DNA of 64,000 nt, taken from the human T2T-CHM13v2.0 reference genome, Homo sapiens. The translations under genes were made by a program, and so were the position numbers. The stretch lies in the NCBI RefSeq assembly GCF_009914755.1, contig NC_060930.1; one strand, 5' to 3'. The notes under the pieces were generated by a model. It ran no database searches, was not told the origin of the DNA, and worked only from the letters and a program-made list of their open reading frames with translations. The stretch's first letter is position 1. Every line of letters begins with the position of its first letter. This document shows positions 35,824 through 48,529 of this stretch, piece by piece.

Positions 35824-36239
35824 ATTTGGCTCTTTCGGTTAATGAAGGTTGGAAGCGAGGTCCCAAAGGCATAAAACGTAGTTTTGGTACATGCTCTTTT
35901 CTGGTGAGTGATATCAGCAACCAAAATTAGAGTCGTGCCACGCCCAGATCAGGTTTAACACCATTTTATGTACATCAGCGTTACAGCTTCTGTATTCACA
36001 TTCCCAGCTGGATTTTCAGACAGAGGCACAAAGTTTATATAGGTAGAGTATTGGCTCTACCCCCTTAAAGCTTCATTTTGCATTGACTGGAATTCAGCTG
36101 CAGGTCCCTATCAGGTGACTATAAGCAGGTTTAATTGCTCTTACATCCTTTACTAACACTGGAGACAAAAAATATCTGGCATCCCAGTGTTTATAGCCCT
36201 GTTATGGCACTCATGGTATTGTTTGTGAGTTTATATATT

Positions 36240-36372
36240 TACATGTCTATCTTCCTTCTCCAGAATATGAGTTCTCTGAGGGCAGGGATGTGTCTTATTG
36301 TTCTTTGTCTCCCTAGTGCTATGCAAAATATCTGAAAATATATTTTTGTTTAAAAGTATTGAATAAATGAAA
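36240..36372 (+). mobile_element. L2 3' end
   Basis: GAGTTCTCTGAGGGCAGGGATGTGTCTTATT..TTGAATAAATGAA. Confidence 0.6.
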
Positions 36373-36567
36373 AAAATAAGGTTACTCAGTGGACAGTCTA
36401 TCCTGCAAGAATGATATCGAATATTTCTTGTTTTTCATACATGTTCACTCCCATTTCCTAAGGTATTGAATCTTTCACTCTGTACTTAAAGAACATCAAT
36501 GAAAACCTGGCCTTGATAATATTAGCAACATGGATTAATTCCTCTCTATGTTCCAAATCACATGCTA

Positions 36568-36570
<3 letters not shown>

Positions 36571-36612
<42 letters not shown>
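36571..36612. repeat. (GT)21 microsatellite
   Basis: Perfect dinucleotide run. Confidence 0.99.
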
Positions 36613-36614
<2 letters not shown>

Positions 36615-37334
36615 ACTTACATGTTGCATTATTTTATCCTTACAACAATGCATTAATTAGATACCTTTATCATCACTGCAACACATGAAAGAATCAAGGC
36701 CTAGAAATAACAAGCCTATTTCAGGACACAGGGAATACAGGGAAGACATAGGATTTGGATCCACACGCTTATGCCTTTAGAGCCTAAGCATTTAGCTACT
36801 ATGTTATCCTAAAGGCAGAGTTCTCCAGACTGTGAGAGGTGAGAAAAAATAGTAAAGAAATGTATTAATTTCATGAAATGGTAGAGACAGGCAAGGCAAC
36901 TTAGAAAACTGTGGCTATGCCTGGAATGCTAAGCTTTGGGTTAGGCAAAACTTAATTCCAGTAATATGGAATTCCTTTGCTTTAATAAGAATAATATACT
37001 TGAAAAGTCATTCCATTATGTTTCTTAGGCAGCATTTAGCCACTTACTTATTTACATCATGAGAATAATTAGAACTCATTTTGTAATTTGTATAAATATG
37101 CATAATGAACTATTTACAATATAAGGGCCATGATCATGGCATGTAATTATAGCACAATGGATTTTTTTTACAACAGTTGATAAAATTAATCTTTTACTTG
37201 GTATTTCAATAATGCCTTTTTAAAAATTCCACTGTTTGTTTAATTATTAATATTTTTATTTCTCTCTAACATTTTTGGTAAAACTCCTTCCCCTTCTCAT
37301 GGAAATATTTTTAAAATTTAAAAAGTCAGAAAGG

Positions 37335-37510
37335 CCTAGGTTATATCGTGGCTCTCCCACTCTAGCTGTGTGACATTGGACATGTTACCCTCACTGAGCT
37401 TCAGAGCGCCACATGTAAAACAGGAAAAGAAGCCCTAATTTGTGAATTTTTTTGAGGAGAAGAGATAATGTATAAAAATCCCCTAGCCCAAGGTCCAGTC
37501 ACCTAGTAAT
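37335..37510 (+). mobile_element. MIR SINE
   Basis: CTAGCTGTGTGACATTGGACATGTTAC..CTGAGCTTCAG..TGTAAAACAGG. Confidence 0.65.
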
Positions 37511-37740
37511 GGTGATGATGATGATAACATCAACAACCTTTATTGACTGCTTGCAACTTCCAGGCCCTTGTCTAAGCATTTTACATGAATAAACACATTT
37601 ACTCAATAGATAGTAGCGGGCAGAAGTAATTGTAGTAGTGGTGGTACTCAGTCTGAGGACCCCATTCCCATGCCCACCATTTCTCCATCAAAAACAGAGC
37701 ACTGGAAACTTTTAAAACATCTTGTATTTAAAATTTTGAT

Positions 37741-38454
37741 ACTCACCCAAATGAGATGAAAATTTACGTTAACACAAAAACCTGCACACAAATGCTTATA
37801 GCAGCTTTCTTCATAACTGCCTAAACTTAGAAGCAACCAAAATGTCCTTCAGTAGGTGAATAAACTGTGGTGCATCCATACCATGAAATATCATTCAGTG
37901 ATAAAAAGAAATGAGCTATCAAGCCACAAAAAGATGTGAAGGAACCTGAAATGTATGGGGACCACACAGGTCCCTGTTAAGTGAAAGAAGAAAGAAGCCA
38001 ATTTGAAAAGGCTACATCCTGTGTGGTTCCAACTATATAACATTATGAAGAAGGCAAAACAATAGAGACAGTAAAAAAAAGATCAGTGTTTGCTAGGTGT
38101 TTTGTAGAGGAAAGAGGGGAATAAATAGGTGGAGCACAAAGGATTTTTAAGGCAGTGAAATTCTTCTGTATAATATAATGGCAGATATTGTCATTACATA
38201 TTTGTCAACACCTGTAGAATGTATAACACAGAGTGAGTCCTAATGTAAACTATGGACTTCAGTTATTAGTAATGCATCAGTATTGATATTGAGTCATCGG
38301 TTATAACAAATGTTCCACACTAATACAAGATGTTAGTAATAGAGAAAACTATTCAGGGGTTGGGAGTAGTAGTATATGGAAACTCTGTACTTCCTATTCA
38401 AATTTTCTGCGAACTTAAAACTGCATTAAAAAATGAAGTCTATTCATTTAAAAA
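37741..38454 (+). mobile_element. L1MC-like 3' end
   Basis: AAGCAACCAAAATGTCCTTCAGTAGGTGAA, GAGCTATCAAGCCA, CCTAATGTAAACTATGGACTT. Confidence 0.85.
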
Positions 38455-38729
38455 CAGTTATCAAATTTTACACTTTAACAAATATTATAGAGCTGTTTCA
38501 GAGACTTAGTTAATATAAATATTAATTTTTCCTGAAAAAAAGTCATTATAAAATACTAAAAGTTGGGAATTACCTTCAGATTAGATGTAATCAGTTTCAT
38601 TACTATGTTATTCACACACATGCACATGTTCACACACATGCACATAAAATAAAGAAAAAGTTGTCCAGAGGCTAAATAAAGGGACCCACCTTATCCATGC
38701 TGAACAGTCTCAGATAGAGGAATCTCCAT

Positions 38730-38900
38730 GTCATTGATTCTTAGTGTGGGATATGTAACAGCAGCAGCAGCAGCAGCACCTGGGACTTGATAGAAACCCA
38801 AAGTCTGGGGCTCCAGCGACTCGCTGAATGAGTGGGCGGGGCCCAGCGAGCTATGTTTTAACCAGCCCTTCAGGTGATTCAGATGCTTGTTGAAGTCAAT
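38730..38900. mobile_element. MER5A (hAT MITE)
   Basis: CAGCAGCACCTGGGA..GGGGCCCAGC..TGTTTTAACCAGCCCTTCAGGTGATTC. Confidence 0.75.
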
Positions 38901-38974
38901 GGATGTCTACCCCACATCCCTCCCAGACACACAGATACACAAGCAAAAGACTCCCATGCTTGACGATGGAGGTT

Positions 38975-39170
38975 CAGCATAAGACTGGGACAAGAGTGAG
39001 GCCAGTGAGGTGCCAAAACATTCAACAATCAAGATGAATAATATTTTAATGCAATATTTTAAAAAATCATATGAATGCAAAAAAGTCATGATGAATAAAA
39101 TACTAAAATTCTCAATAAAGACAGGATCAGTGTAACTGACATTCCCTTTCACCTCAGGCTGCAGTCTGGC
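38975..39170. mobile_element. MER96B-like hAT MITE
   Basis: AATAATATTTTAATGCAATATTTT..CATGATGAATAAAATA..TAAAGACAGGATCAGT. Confidence 0.65.
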
Positions 39171-39610
39171 TCTGCAGATATTGCTTCAGCATCAGGAGGT
39201 GGGAGTGGGCCAAGGGCCAGGGTCCCTGAAGCCAGCCTCGGCCCTCTTTCCTCGCTGCAGCACACACCCACACCAGTGTGTCCCGCTATCCTCATCAGAG
39301 TCACTGTCTGCTCGTTGCTACTTAGACTTTCCTTAACTACACCCATTAAGAGGTAATTCTAATTTAGTGGAAGCTCTTAGTATTTCTTAAAGTAATTAAA
39401 TAATGATGGTTCAAGAAATTTACCACTTTTGTGGGAAGATTGAGTGTACACAAAGACATAAACAACTCCCACAAAGTAATATATCTTCATGCAAGCTACG
39501 ACAGTGCTGAGTATTGACATTCTGAGGACTCACTAAGGAGAAGGGTGAACTGAGCCACATGAAGTTCATTTGATACCTTGCAAAAGTGTTTTGTGAACTG
39601 CACATCACTA

Positions 39611-39645
39611 CAGGAAGTTAGCTGTGGTTATTCTCTTCCCGGGAA
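39611..39645. promoter_or_regulatory. Candidate enhancer core: ETS + RUNX + STAT-type motifs
   Basis: CAGGAAGT (39611-39618), TGTGGTT (39623-39629) and palindrome TTCCCGGGAA (39636-39645) in unique DNA. Motif evidence only. Confidence 0.4.
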
Positions 39646-41879
39646 ATATCAGTTGTAAGCCATATTTGGAACAAAGTAAGTTTTATAGATCTGGCGGAGG
39701 AGGATTAGAGAAAAAAAATCTTCCATAGCCAGGAAGAACTGAGAAAACGGGAATGTGGAGGAAAGAAAAGACAAATTTGCTTACCTCCTATATACATAAA
39801 GAAAACTGGAAGAGATAAAGTGGGTGTAAGAGAGAAAGGGCAAAGTGGGAAAATGGGGGGTGGGGGGGGCATTGCTGTGCCAAAGAGCGTGGCTCAGCCT
39901 GAATCTCACGTGGATTCTGGAAGCTGAGAAACTATGGATTCCGATTCAAGTTAAAAGCAGCTAACAAGTAAAAAGAGCCAATGACATTAAAACTGAACTA
40001 AACAGTCATTTTTGAATTTCAAGTAAAGAAACCTAGTGGAGACTTCAGCACAATTCAAACTTGTTCTCTGAAATGGCAAGGGAGTGCTTCCACAGCAATT
40101 ATTTCTTTAAAAGAATTGAAAAGAAAAGTTCAGTTTGGAAGCTTTGATTGATCCCTGGACTCTTGAGTCATTCTGAATGAAAACACTTAGCATCACTGTG
40201 GGAATCCATTACCCTGGTGATTTGGGCAGGGCAGAACTTTGCAAACTGTTTTCTTTTTGGAGAAACATATTTTTCTTTTTCAGTAATTGTTGCTGAAGAC
40301 CTACATCTGAGAGCCAGCAGCAGGTACAGGAGCTAGAACAGGACAAGGCTCAGCAGGTTACAGAAATCAGAGCTGTAGCTCAAGCGAAGGAAGCAGATAA
40401 AGGAATCAGGTGGACTAGGTGAGCTCCGCCTTGACCTGCTGCTAAGAACTAAGTTGCCCATATTAGGGTCAAATAAAAATTGAAAGTCACCACCATTGCT
40501 TTTAGGAACAGAGAACGAAAGGACCTCCCCAGGGTTATCAGCATAGCTTGTAAGAACTAAATTATTTAACATCAATGTCCCAAAGAGAGCCTATTAGGGG
40601 AACCTGTGAAGCAGTGAATGGCATTTGAACAGAGCCTAGAAGAGTACAAGTATTGGGATCAGGGCCTATCAGTTCTATTTACCAAATTATCTAACAAGAA
40701 CCATCAGTCAGACTGGATGTAGGAAAGAATGGGAAAGCCCCTACAAAGCAAGGACTTTGTGGAATAGGATAATGGAGCGGACGTGTTCTGGCAACAGATT
40801 CCCCAGAAGACAGTGTTCATTGCACTGTCCCAGCCCATCACGTTACAGTGAGACAAGGGTATTCTGATTAGAATATTTTTCGTACAGGAGGTCAACACAG
40901 GCTGGTCAGGTCTAGGAGGGGAATCCACCATACATCTCTGACGTGTAACCCAGGCCTGGATCTAAGGAGACGACAACCTTGGGCCCACACCCAGATAGAA
41001 AACAAAAAACAGAAAAAGGTTCTGAGAGGGACAGAGAATTCTATCAGCCCAAAAGCCATGCCAACCTGAGGGTTGAGAGTGAGGAAAGAAATTCAAAGCT
41101 CCAATCCTGAGGGTTGTATCAATAAAGTAGATAATGGTTTTCCTAAAATATTTTTTTAAAAAAAGTCTGTTAATCTATGTATGCTCATATTTATTTTTGT
41201 TTTGCTTTTCTTTTACAGTTGAGTAATAGTTCTTTTTGAAAATACTAACTTGTCTCTTATTAATTGGGAGTAAATGATTCTTGTTACTGTTGGAAAATAA
41301 AGACAAGGCCAAAAAGTTAAGATCTTTGCATTATAGAACCGAGAGTTTTTGAAGATTCTTGATTTACCCAGAGATGTGATAAAATCAGTCTTCCTCCTTG
41401 AAAGATTTCAGCAGCAGTGTGTAGGATGAATTACAAAGAAAAGAGAAGACAGAAAGCCTACTATTTCATGCTGTTAGCATGATTTAAAATGTAAGAAAAT
41501 AATTGCTAGGACTTGATGATAATTGTAGAATGGGACAAATCTGACAAAGAACTGTTCAGAGCTACGTGTAGGTAGAAAACAGAATAGAGAAGATCCATGT
41601 CTTTGGGAGGACACTAGAAGGATGGAGGAGCTCTGGAGAGCAATGAGGAAAGTAGGTGGAAGCGACTTTGAGGGGGCCAGATAGCAAATCATTTCAATGC
41701 TAGATTTTAGATTAAGTGTAACATCCATATTTTGTGGGACAACTAGAGATATGATAATGGACAGTGGGTGAAAGGTCAAAGAAAATTTAGAAAAGAAAAT
41801 AACTAGGGTTGAAACTATACGCATAGTACTAGAGAAAAGAGCAAAAGGCACAGAAATAATAATAACAGTAATTACAACT

Positions 41880-42090
41880 TCCACTACTCATTGAATGGCT
41901 GCTATTTTCCAGCCATTGTACCGGAAGTTTCACTTATTTGATCTTTAGACACTCTGAGACAGATTCGATTGTCCTATTACAGATGGGAAATTGAGGCTCC
42001 AGGTGGTTAAACGACTTGCTTACATCACACATTGAAGAATCACAAGTAGATTTCAAGCTGCCCAATCTGACGCCCTTTCCACAGCCTATT
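41880..42090 (-). mobile_element. MIR SINE
   Basis: TTACAGATGGGAAATTGAGGCTCCAGGTGGTTAAACGACTTGC. Confidence 0.7.
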
Positions 42091-43614
42091 TCCTTTCATG
42101 TATGGTGGTACAGTCTCCTTGTCACAAAACACTTGAGGTAGAAATATGAAAATATAGATATCATGGAAATACAACTGGAGTAATTTTAAATGGAAGAGAG
42201 TAAGGGACAAGGAACTTCAGGGTGTGAAGATGGGGTAGGCCCAACAGGGCACAGGCCTGGTCTAGAAAGAGGCCAAGAAATTTGTAATGCCCTCCTATGA
42301 TACCAAGAAGTCACTAAAGGAAGTCACTAATTTCCTCCTTTGTCCTTATCCTGACACGGCACAAAGACAGAACTTTGAAACATAATTTGGTTTTGAAACA
42401 CTTAATTACCTTCCCCATTGATACAAAGGGAAAGATGAAACCCATATAACAGCTTCAGAGAGAAGCAGAAGTTTCAATAGGGAGTTGAACTGAGAGAATT
42501 GAGATGCTTTAGAGCTTCATTAATAAATTCCCAGGATACTATACTCATCCACATTCAGTTATAAGCCTCCCTTTGGCCCTGTACATTCCAAAGCCAAATG
42601 TAAACAACTTACATTTTCCTAGTGTTGACTATAATAATTGTTTTGAAGTCAAATGATAACATGTTTAAATCAGTTCTATTTATCCTGCATTTACTAATCA
42701 GTTAATATGTGCTAATCTCTGGTAGATACTAGTATACAGAGATGAAGTAGACATTTCCTGCCTTCAAGAAATGCACCATCCTTACATAGGCAACTATAAA
42801 TTATACCAAGTGATAAAGGCTATCAGAGAAGTATGAACTAAGTAAGCTAGGGCATAAAGAAAAGCATGAAAATCTTGTCCTGCAATTGCCAGACAGAATA
42901 TCAAAAAAAGATAATGGTTTCTCTGGGCCTTGAAAGGTGAGTAAATTTTCTGAGAGGATCAAGGACACATAGAAAGGATGGAGTATTTTAACTTGGGCAA
43001 AAATGGAAGCTAGAGTAACTGACCAGACAGAACTGGCCCCAAAGCTCACAATCTAAAGGACAGTGTATAAAGGAGCTTGAAGGATTTGTACCCTCCTTCA
43101 GTCCTGGTACTGAACTCCCATCAATTGGGTGGACACACAACAGAAGCCCAGACAGCAGAGAGCATCTGAAGTTAGAGGGTGAGCAAAACCATAGTTCCAG
43201 GCCTTCCTCTCTGGCCATGAGAGCCCAAGCCTGGAAAAGCCTCTGACAAAGGCCCAGCTATGGGCTCAACATAGGGTACAGTCCCTCTCAGTGTGAGAGT
43301 GCTTAGGAGATGCTAAGGCCGATGAAGAATGGTCCTAGCCATGCCAAGAGGAGCCAGAAAAGGCCTGGTGCAAAGCCATCTGATGCCTAGATCACAGCTC
43401 AGGAATATCAGATACAAGGTCTGGGGCAGTAAGATTAATGTGAGACCCCACACAGCCAGCATAATGTAGTTCTGAATATTTGTAATAATTCTTCAAACTA
43501 CTACTATAACAGAAGGTAAGTATTCATAATATATTCTCTAGGTAACTAAATGAAAATGCTTTTGTGCTACTTTACACCTGTTTCACTTCCATTTCCTTCA
43601 TGACTACAGGCTTT

Positions 43615-43653
43615 ATCATCATCATCATCAATCATCATCATCATCATCATCAT
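43615..43653. repeat. (ATC)n microsatellite with one interruption, at a MIR tail
   Basis: Seen directly. Confidence 0.9.
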
Positions 43654-43654
43654 A

Positions 43655-43870
43655 CTAGCTACCAATTATGGTGTATTTACCATGTGCCTGAAGCAATACT
43701 GGGAGCTGGGGGGTCTCTCATCCTTAGAACATTGCTATAAGGAAGACATTATTAGCCCCATTTTATAGATGAAGAAAATCAACTTCAGAGGGATGATGGA
43801 TATTGCCCCAAATATCATATAGCTAAACAGGGGCAAAAATAGTGGGATATCAAAGCTGATGTTTTATCTG
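43655..43870 (-). mobile_element. MIR SINE
   Basis: ATTAGCCCCATTTTATAGATGAAGAAAA..CAGAGGG..TTGCCC. Confidence 0.65.
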
Positions 43871-46079
43871 GTAACAAATTAGCTCACCTCAATGGTAAAT
43901 AAGTCATTTTAATAAAAAATTTGGTTAATTAAAAGAGAAAAAATTCAGATTGTTCAGTTGGTAATGTAAGAATGAAACAGTTGAGTGACTTTTTAAAAGG
44001 TTTTATTACATATACAGAAAAGTAAACAATTTATTGAATTTTTACCAGCTGACAAGACTAATTTTCACGTTTTGGTTGGATGTATTAAAGATCCATGGAT
44101 TATAGTACAAAATCACGTTTTCTTTGTCTATTACAGCCTTACAACAAATAAGAGAGGAGACATAATTTCCAATCCACAGACTTGTATAATCTTATTCTAA
44201 AATTTACAAACAGCCTTCTGACCCCATAACTTGTCTTGCCTACTTTTCTGACCTTCACCTGTTAAAAATTAGTCAATACATCCAATGAACTCCATCACCA
44301 AGAACTTCTAGACTGACTTGAAGACATTTTTACTCCACTATATTCAGGTTATCTTTCCCAAAGAAATATCTCAATTCTTCCCACTATTTCCTAAGGAAAC
44401 TCAACTCCCCTGAACTCAGTTCTGAGTTCTTCAGAAGTTAGAGATCTGTTGGAACCTGAGTGGCCCCACTTTCATCACACAAAACTGCAAAATGTAGCAA
44501 GGAAGTCACATTTGACTGTAGCAAAGAACCTTGCAACATTCCATTTTTAAAGTGTTCCTCTCTGTCAGGGCATATGAATTATTATCCTACTCCCCTCACC
44601 GCTAAATCTGCCCCCTCTCATGGAGGTGCCAGATGCTGCCTGTTCACTAGCAATGGCTCTGTCACTTTTACTTTGCATCCTAATTAAGAAGACATAGAGA
44701 GACACAGGGAAGTGCAAGTACCAGAAGGATTCTGCTATCTGTCATACTGTCCTCCAGATGTTCTAATGATGCCTTTGAATTTGGATGGAGGAGACACACA
44801 GAAAGAACTCTGGCACTATGAAACCTTTCCGTGACTACTTGTTGAAGAAAGACAATTAATGACCGAACAGCTGCTAATGGGAGCCTTTAGCTGGAGAACT
44901 TGTTATGAAGAGCATTTACCAGCACTCAGAGGAATTCATACTGATAAACACCTTACTTACATGCCTTATTTTTGTTCTAAAATGCACAATTCATCCTTCC
45001 TAAATCAATTTCCTTCAATTACAAACAGAACTCCTTAAGACAAGAAAGATTTATCACTGGTTTTTAAAAAAATCATCCTCTGAGCTCGTTAAAGCCTACA
45101 ATAGGAATCATTTCCCTGAAATGTTCAAAAAATTTCCCACATATTTGATTGGTAGCTAGACCCTCGTATTGCATAAGGGAGTTGCAAACAAATACTTTTG
45201 AATACTGGAGCCAGATAGTAGGAACTTGCCTTTTGGACATTATTGAGTAATTCACTTTCAAAAAGATACTGTGCTTAGAGCTCTATGACAGCTCCATACC
45301 CCTATCCAGAAGCAATTAATACATGTTCTTGCTTTGGATATATGTGACCTGCAAGGGGAATAAAAGGATATAGTCAGTAATTCTTAAGTTATCATCATGG
45401 CAGTCGGCCTTGTCTTCAAAGTGGCCAGACTTTATTACAACTATGGGTTGCTATTGTTCACAGTTGCTCCAAAGTGTGGGGTGGAATTGAAAGGTAAGCT
45501 TCTGGTAAGGGAACAGATCTTGATCTCATTCTCTGAGGGAAGAGAAAGGCTAATTAATAAAATGGTCTTTTAAATAGAAACATAGATAATTCTGCCCAAT
45601 TTCATTATCCTAACAACCTTTCTCCACTCCCAAAGAAAAATGAACTATTCTTACTGATTTTCATAAACACTGTGCTAAGTAATCAGGAAATAATTAATTT
45701 AGAGCTCTTCATTAATAATGGGGATGAAATTCCTTAATGAACAGCCTCACTTTAATTCAATGATGAGATAACTATTACTGAAATATTTATTGATATAAAA
45801 TTAGATCAGAAAGAGAAAAAAAAGCTTTTTTCTTAAAGGTCAAATATTCAATAAGGCCTAGCTGATTGCTTGTCCTTTTTGTCCCTGAAACAATACAATT
45901 CTAAAGAGTATTAGAACTTTGGTAAATAAGTTTAAATATTATTTTTGTTTAAAACATTAGCCAGTTGACAGCTACTATGTATCTTCTCAGTTATAGCACT
46001 AGATTAAATGATACGGAGTGATACAAGTAAAAGCAAAGACTTTCCCTCAAGAAAATTATCATGTAATTCAGATTTGCTC

Positions 46080-46285
46080 AGCAGCAGCTCTCTTGGCATT
46101 TGGGATGCCAAATTCATTCATTTGGGATGAATAATTACTTGCTGTGAGGGTTCTCCTGTGCATTAAAGCCAGGGCAGAGGCCAGAGGCATTACCCCTTGC
46201 CCCAGCCGTAGCAACGAAAACTGTTTTTCAGACATTACCAACTGTTCCCTGGGAAACAAAATCACCTCAGGTTGAGAACAACTGA
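46080..46285. mobile_element. MER20 (hAT MITE)
   Basis: ATAATT..TGTGAGGG..TCCTGTGCATT..CAGACATTACCAA..CAAAATCACC..GTTGAGAACAACTG. Confidence 0.75.
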
Positions 46286-46424
46286 CTAATTAAAGGATCT
46301 AAAGCTCTGAGAAAACCTTCAAGCACATAGTTTTCATGAAAGAGATACACTAATAGATCGAATAATAGCTCAGCATCCAAAGAACTATCCAAATACATAG
46401 CCCTCTAGCTCAATAAGTGGGTGA

Positions 46425-46600
46425 CCTAGTGGTTAAAAATTTGACTGTAGAGTCAGATGGCTTAGGTTTAAATCCTGGCTCTAACTTTTACTAATGTTAG
46501 GCAAGTTATTTCTCTTCTCTAAGCCTCAGTCCCTGCCTCTTCAGAATGGGGATAACAGTACTTACACATAGTTTGTTTGGAAGAGGAGACAAAATAATAC
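46425..46600 (+). mobile_element. MIR SINE
   Basis: TAGTGGTTAA..GGTTTAAATCCTGGCTCT..GGCAAGTTA..GCCTCAGT..AATGGGGATAACAGTAC. Confidence 0.8.
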
Positions 46601-46859
46601 ATAGGAGGGACTGGAATTACTCATATCAACTATTAATATTATCATAGATGGCATTCACATTTTTGTTGAATTGGAGAGACTAGACCTGTAATAAATATTC
46701 ATGTAGACATTAAATGAAAAATAACTTTGAATAATTACTTTAGTGGTAATGGAAATTTTAAGCATTTATTATGTATTGGTTGAATGATATTTCCATTTTA
46801 AATAATGTTTTATAACAAATATAACACATCTAATCTCATTAGTTTTTTCTTTGGAGTAA

Positions 46860-48400
46860 AAGAGCACATACTGACCTAAGAATAATTAATCCAGAATGAT
46901 CAAAATTGAGATGTATCCTAGGAAAGTTATTGAAGTTTAAATCCAAAATTTGGGGAACACCTAGGCAAAAATATGAAATAATATATAAAGAAAAAGAAAC
47001 AAGGCTGACCTTGTATTTTTCCACAGAATCCAATGCCAAAATCCAGTAAATCAATACACAGGAGTGCTCCAAAGAAAGAATTGTGAGCCAAAGAATTCAT
47101 ATCCAGTAAGCTATCCTCCAAATTTTATGAAGGCTTCTGTCAAACCATTTAAAATATGCAAAAATTCATGGAATTTTTTTGCCATGATTCCTCCTTAAGA
47201 AAATGGCTGGATGACAAGTTTCCTCCAACTGAAATATAGCTGAGGAAAATCTAGCAAAAGAAATGATGGTAAACACTGAATGTATTTAATTGTAAACTAA
47301 AAGAGAACGAAAGTTCAGAGAGAATTTTTTTTATAAAAAGGTCAAAAGAAGGTGATAGGTAAAATAAGTTCTCTGATTGTTTCAGCTTTTATACCTGGAA
47401 ATCCAAGTATCTCAAAGGTAAGAAGTTAAATAACATAAATTTAAACATACTTGGCAGTACAAATGGAAACACTAAGAAAGCTAATGTTATTGACTGAAAT
47501 TCGTTGATAAAGTAGAAGAGGAGGGGAAAGAAAATTCTAATCTTCTTTCATGCTAATTTCATTATTTTGTATATTAGGAAACTAATAAGTACACTCAAAA
47601 TTGGAAGAGCTGAAGTTATTATATAAAAATATAATTAAAAGGTAATCAGTACAAAAGTGTAAATTTCTCAATATCAAAAAAACTGCATGAGGCAAAATGA
47701 ATGAAAACAGATCAGAATGTGTCAGACTTTTCAAAACAGAAACTATAAAATGAACTAACATGACAGAATCAAGACCAAGCATCTGTCATTTCAGTATATT
47801 TAAATGGCTTATACCAATTAAAAGACAAAAACTGAACCACAAATCAAAACCCAGTTCCAAAACAAAGTGAGTCAGAAAGTGAAAATATAAAGATAGTCAG
47901 CATTATAATAAGAAAGCAAATAAAAAGAAAGCAAGACTTAGAATTTTAACATCTGGCAGAATGGAATTCAGAATTAAAAGTGTTAAACGAGACAAAGAAG
48001 CCTACTTTATAATGACAAAATGTAAAATTCACAATGAAGATTCAAGTGCTACAAATATTTATGCACCAAGTAGCACAGCTGCATCATAAACAAAGCAGAA
48101 ATGATAGGAGCTTCAAAGAGAAATACCTAGGAACTCATTAGTAGTAAGAGACTTGAAATCACCTCTCTCAATTTTTGACAAATTTTGTAGGAAAAAAAAT
48201 AAGGTTATAGAATAATAAAATGAAAATCGGTAAATAGAAATCTGATTAATAAATGTAAAACCCTATAACATGAAAATTATACCTCATTTCATACAAACAT
48301 AAACATTCATAAAAATTAACAATATATTAGACCCCAAAGATAACTTTTGTAAGTTCAAAAAAGTAGAAATAACAATACAATTAAATAGAAATTCCATCTA
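46860..48400 (+). mobile_element. Ancient L1M ORF1 end / ORF2 endonuclease remnant
   Basis: GACAAAGAAG..TACTTTATAATGACAAAA..AATATTTATGCACCAAGTA (cf. [13 protein letters not shown]). Confidence 0.65.
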
Positions 48401-48529
48401 GAAATAGTTTCAGTTTATAAACATACATATATGTGAGATATATTGAGATATATAGAAATTATGTTTATACATACATCTATTATAAACATACATATATGTG
48501 AGATATATTATGAGATACATATAGCTCAC

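Noticed and set aside
40284-40323. Plus-strand 40-nt exon candidate (isolated acceptors also at 41218 and 44137)
   Set aside because: Weak or missing donors; such sites are frequent by chance.
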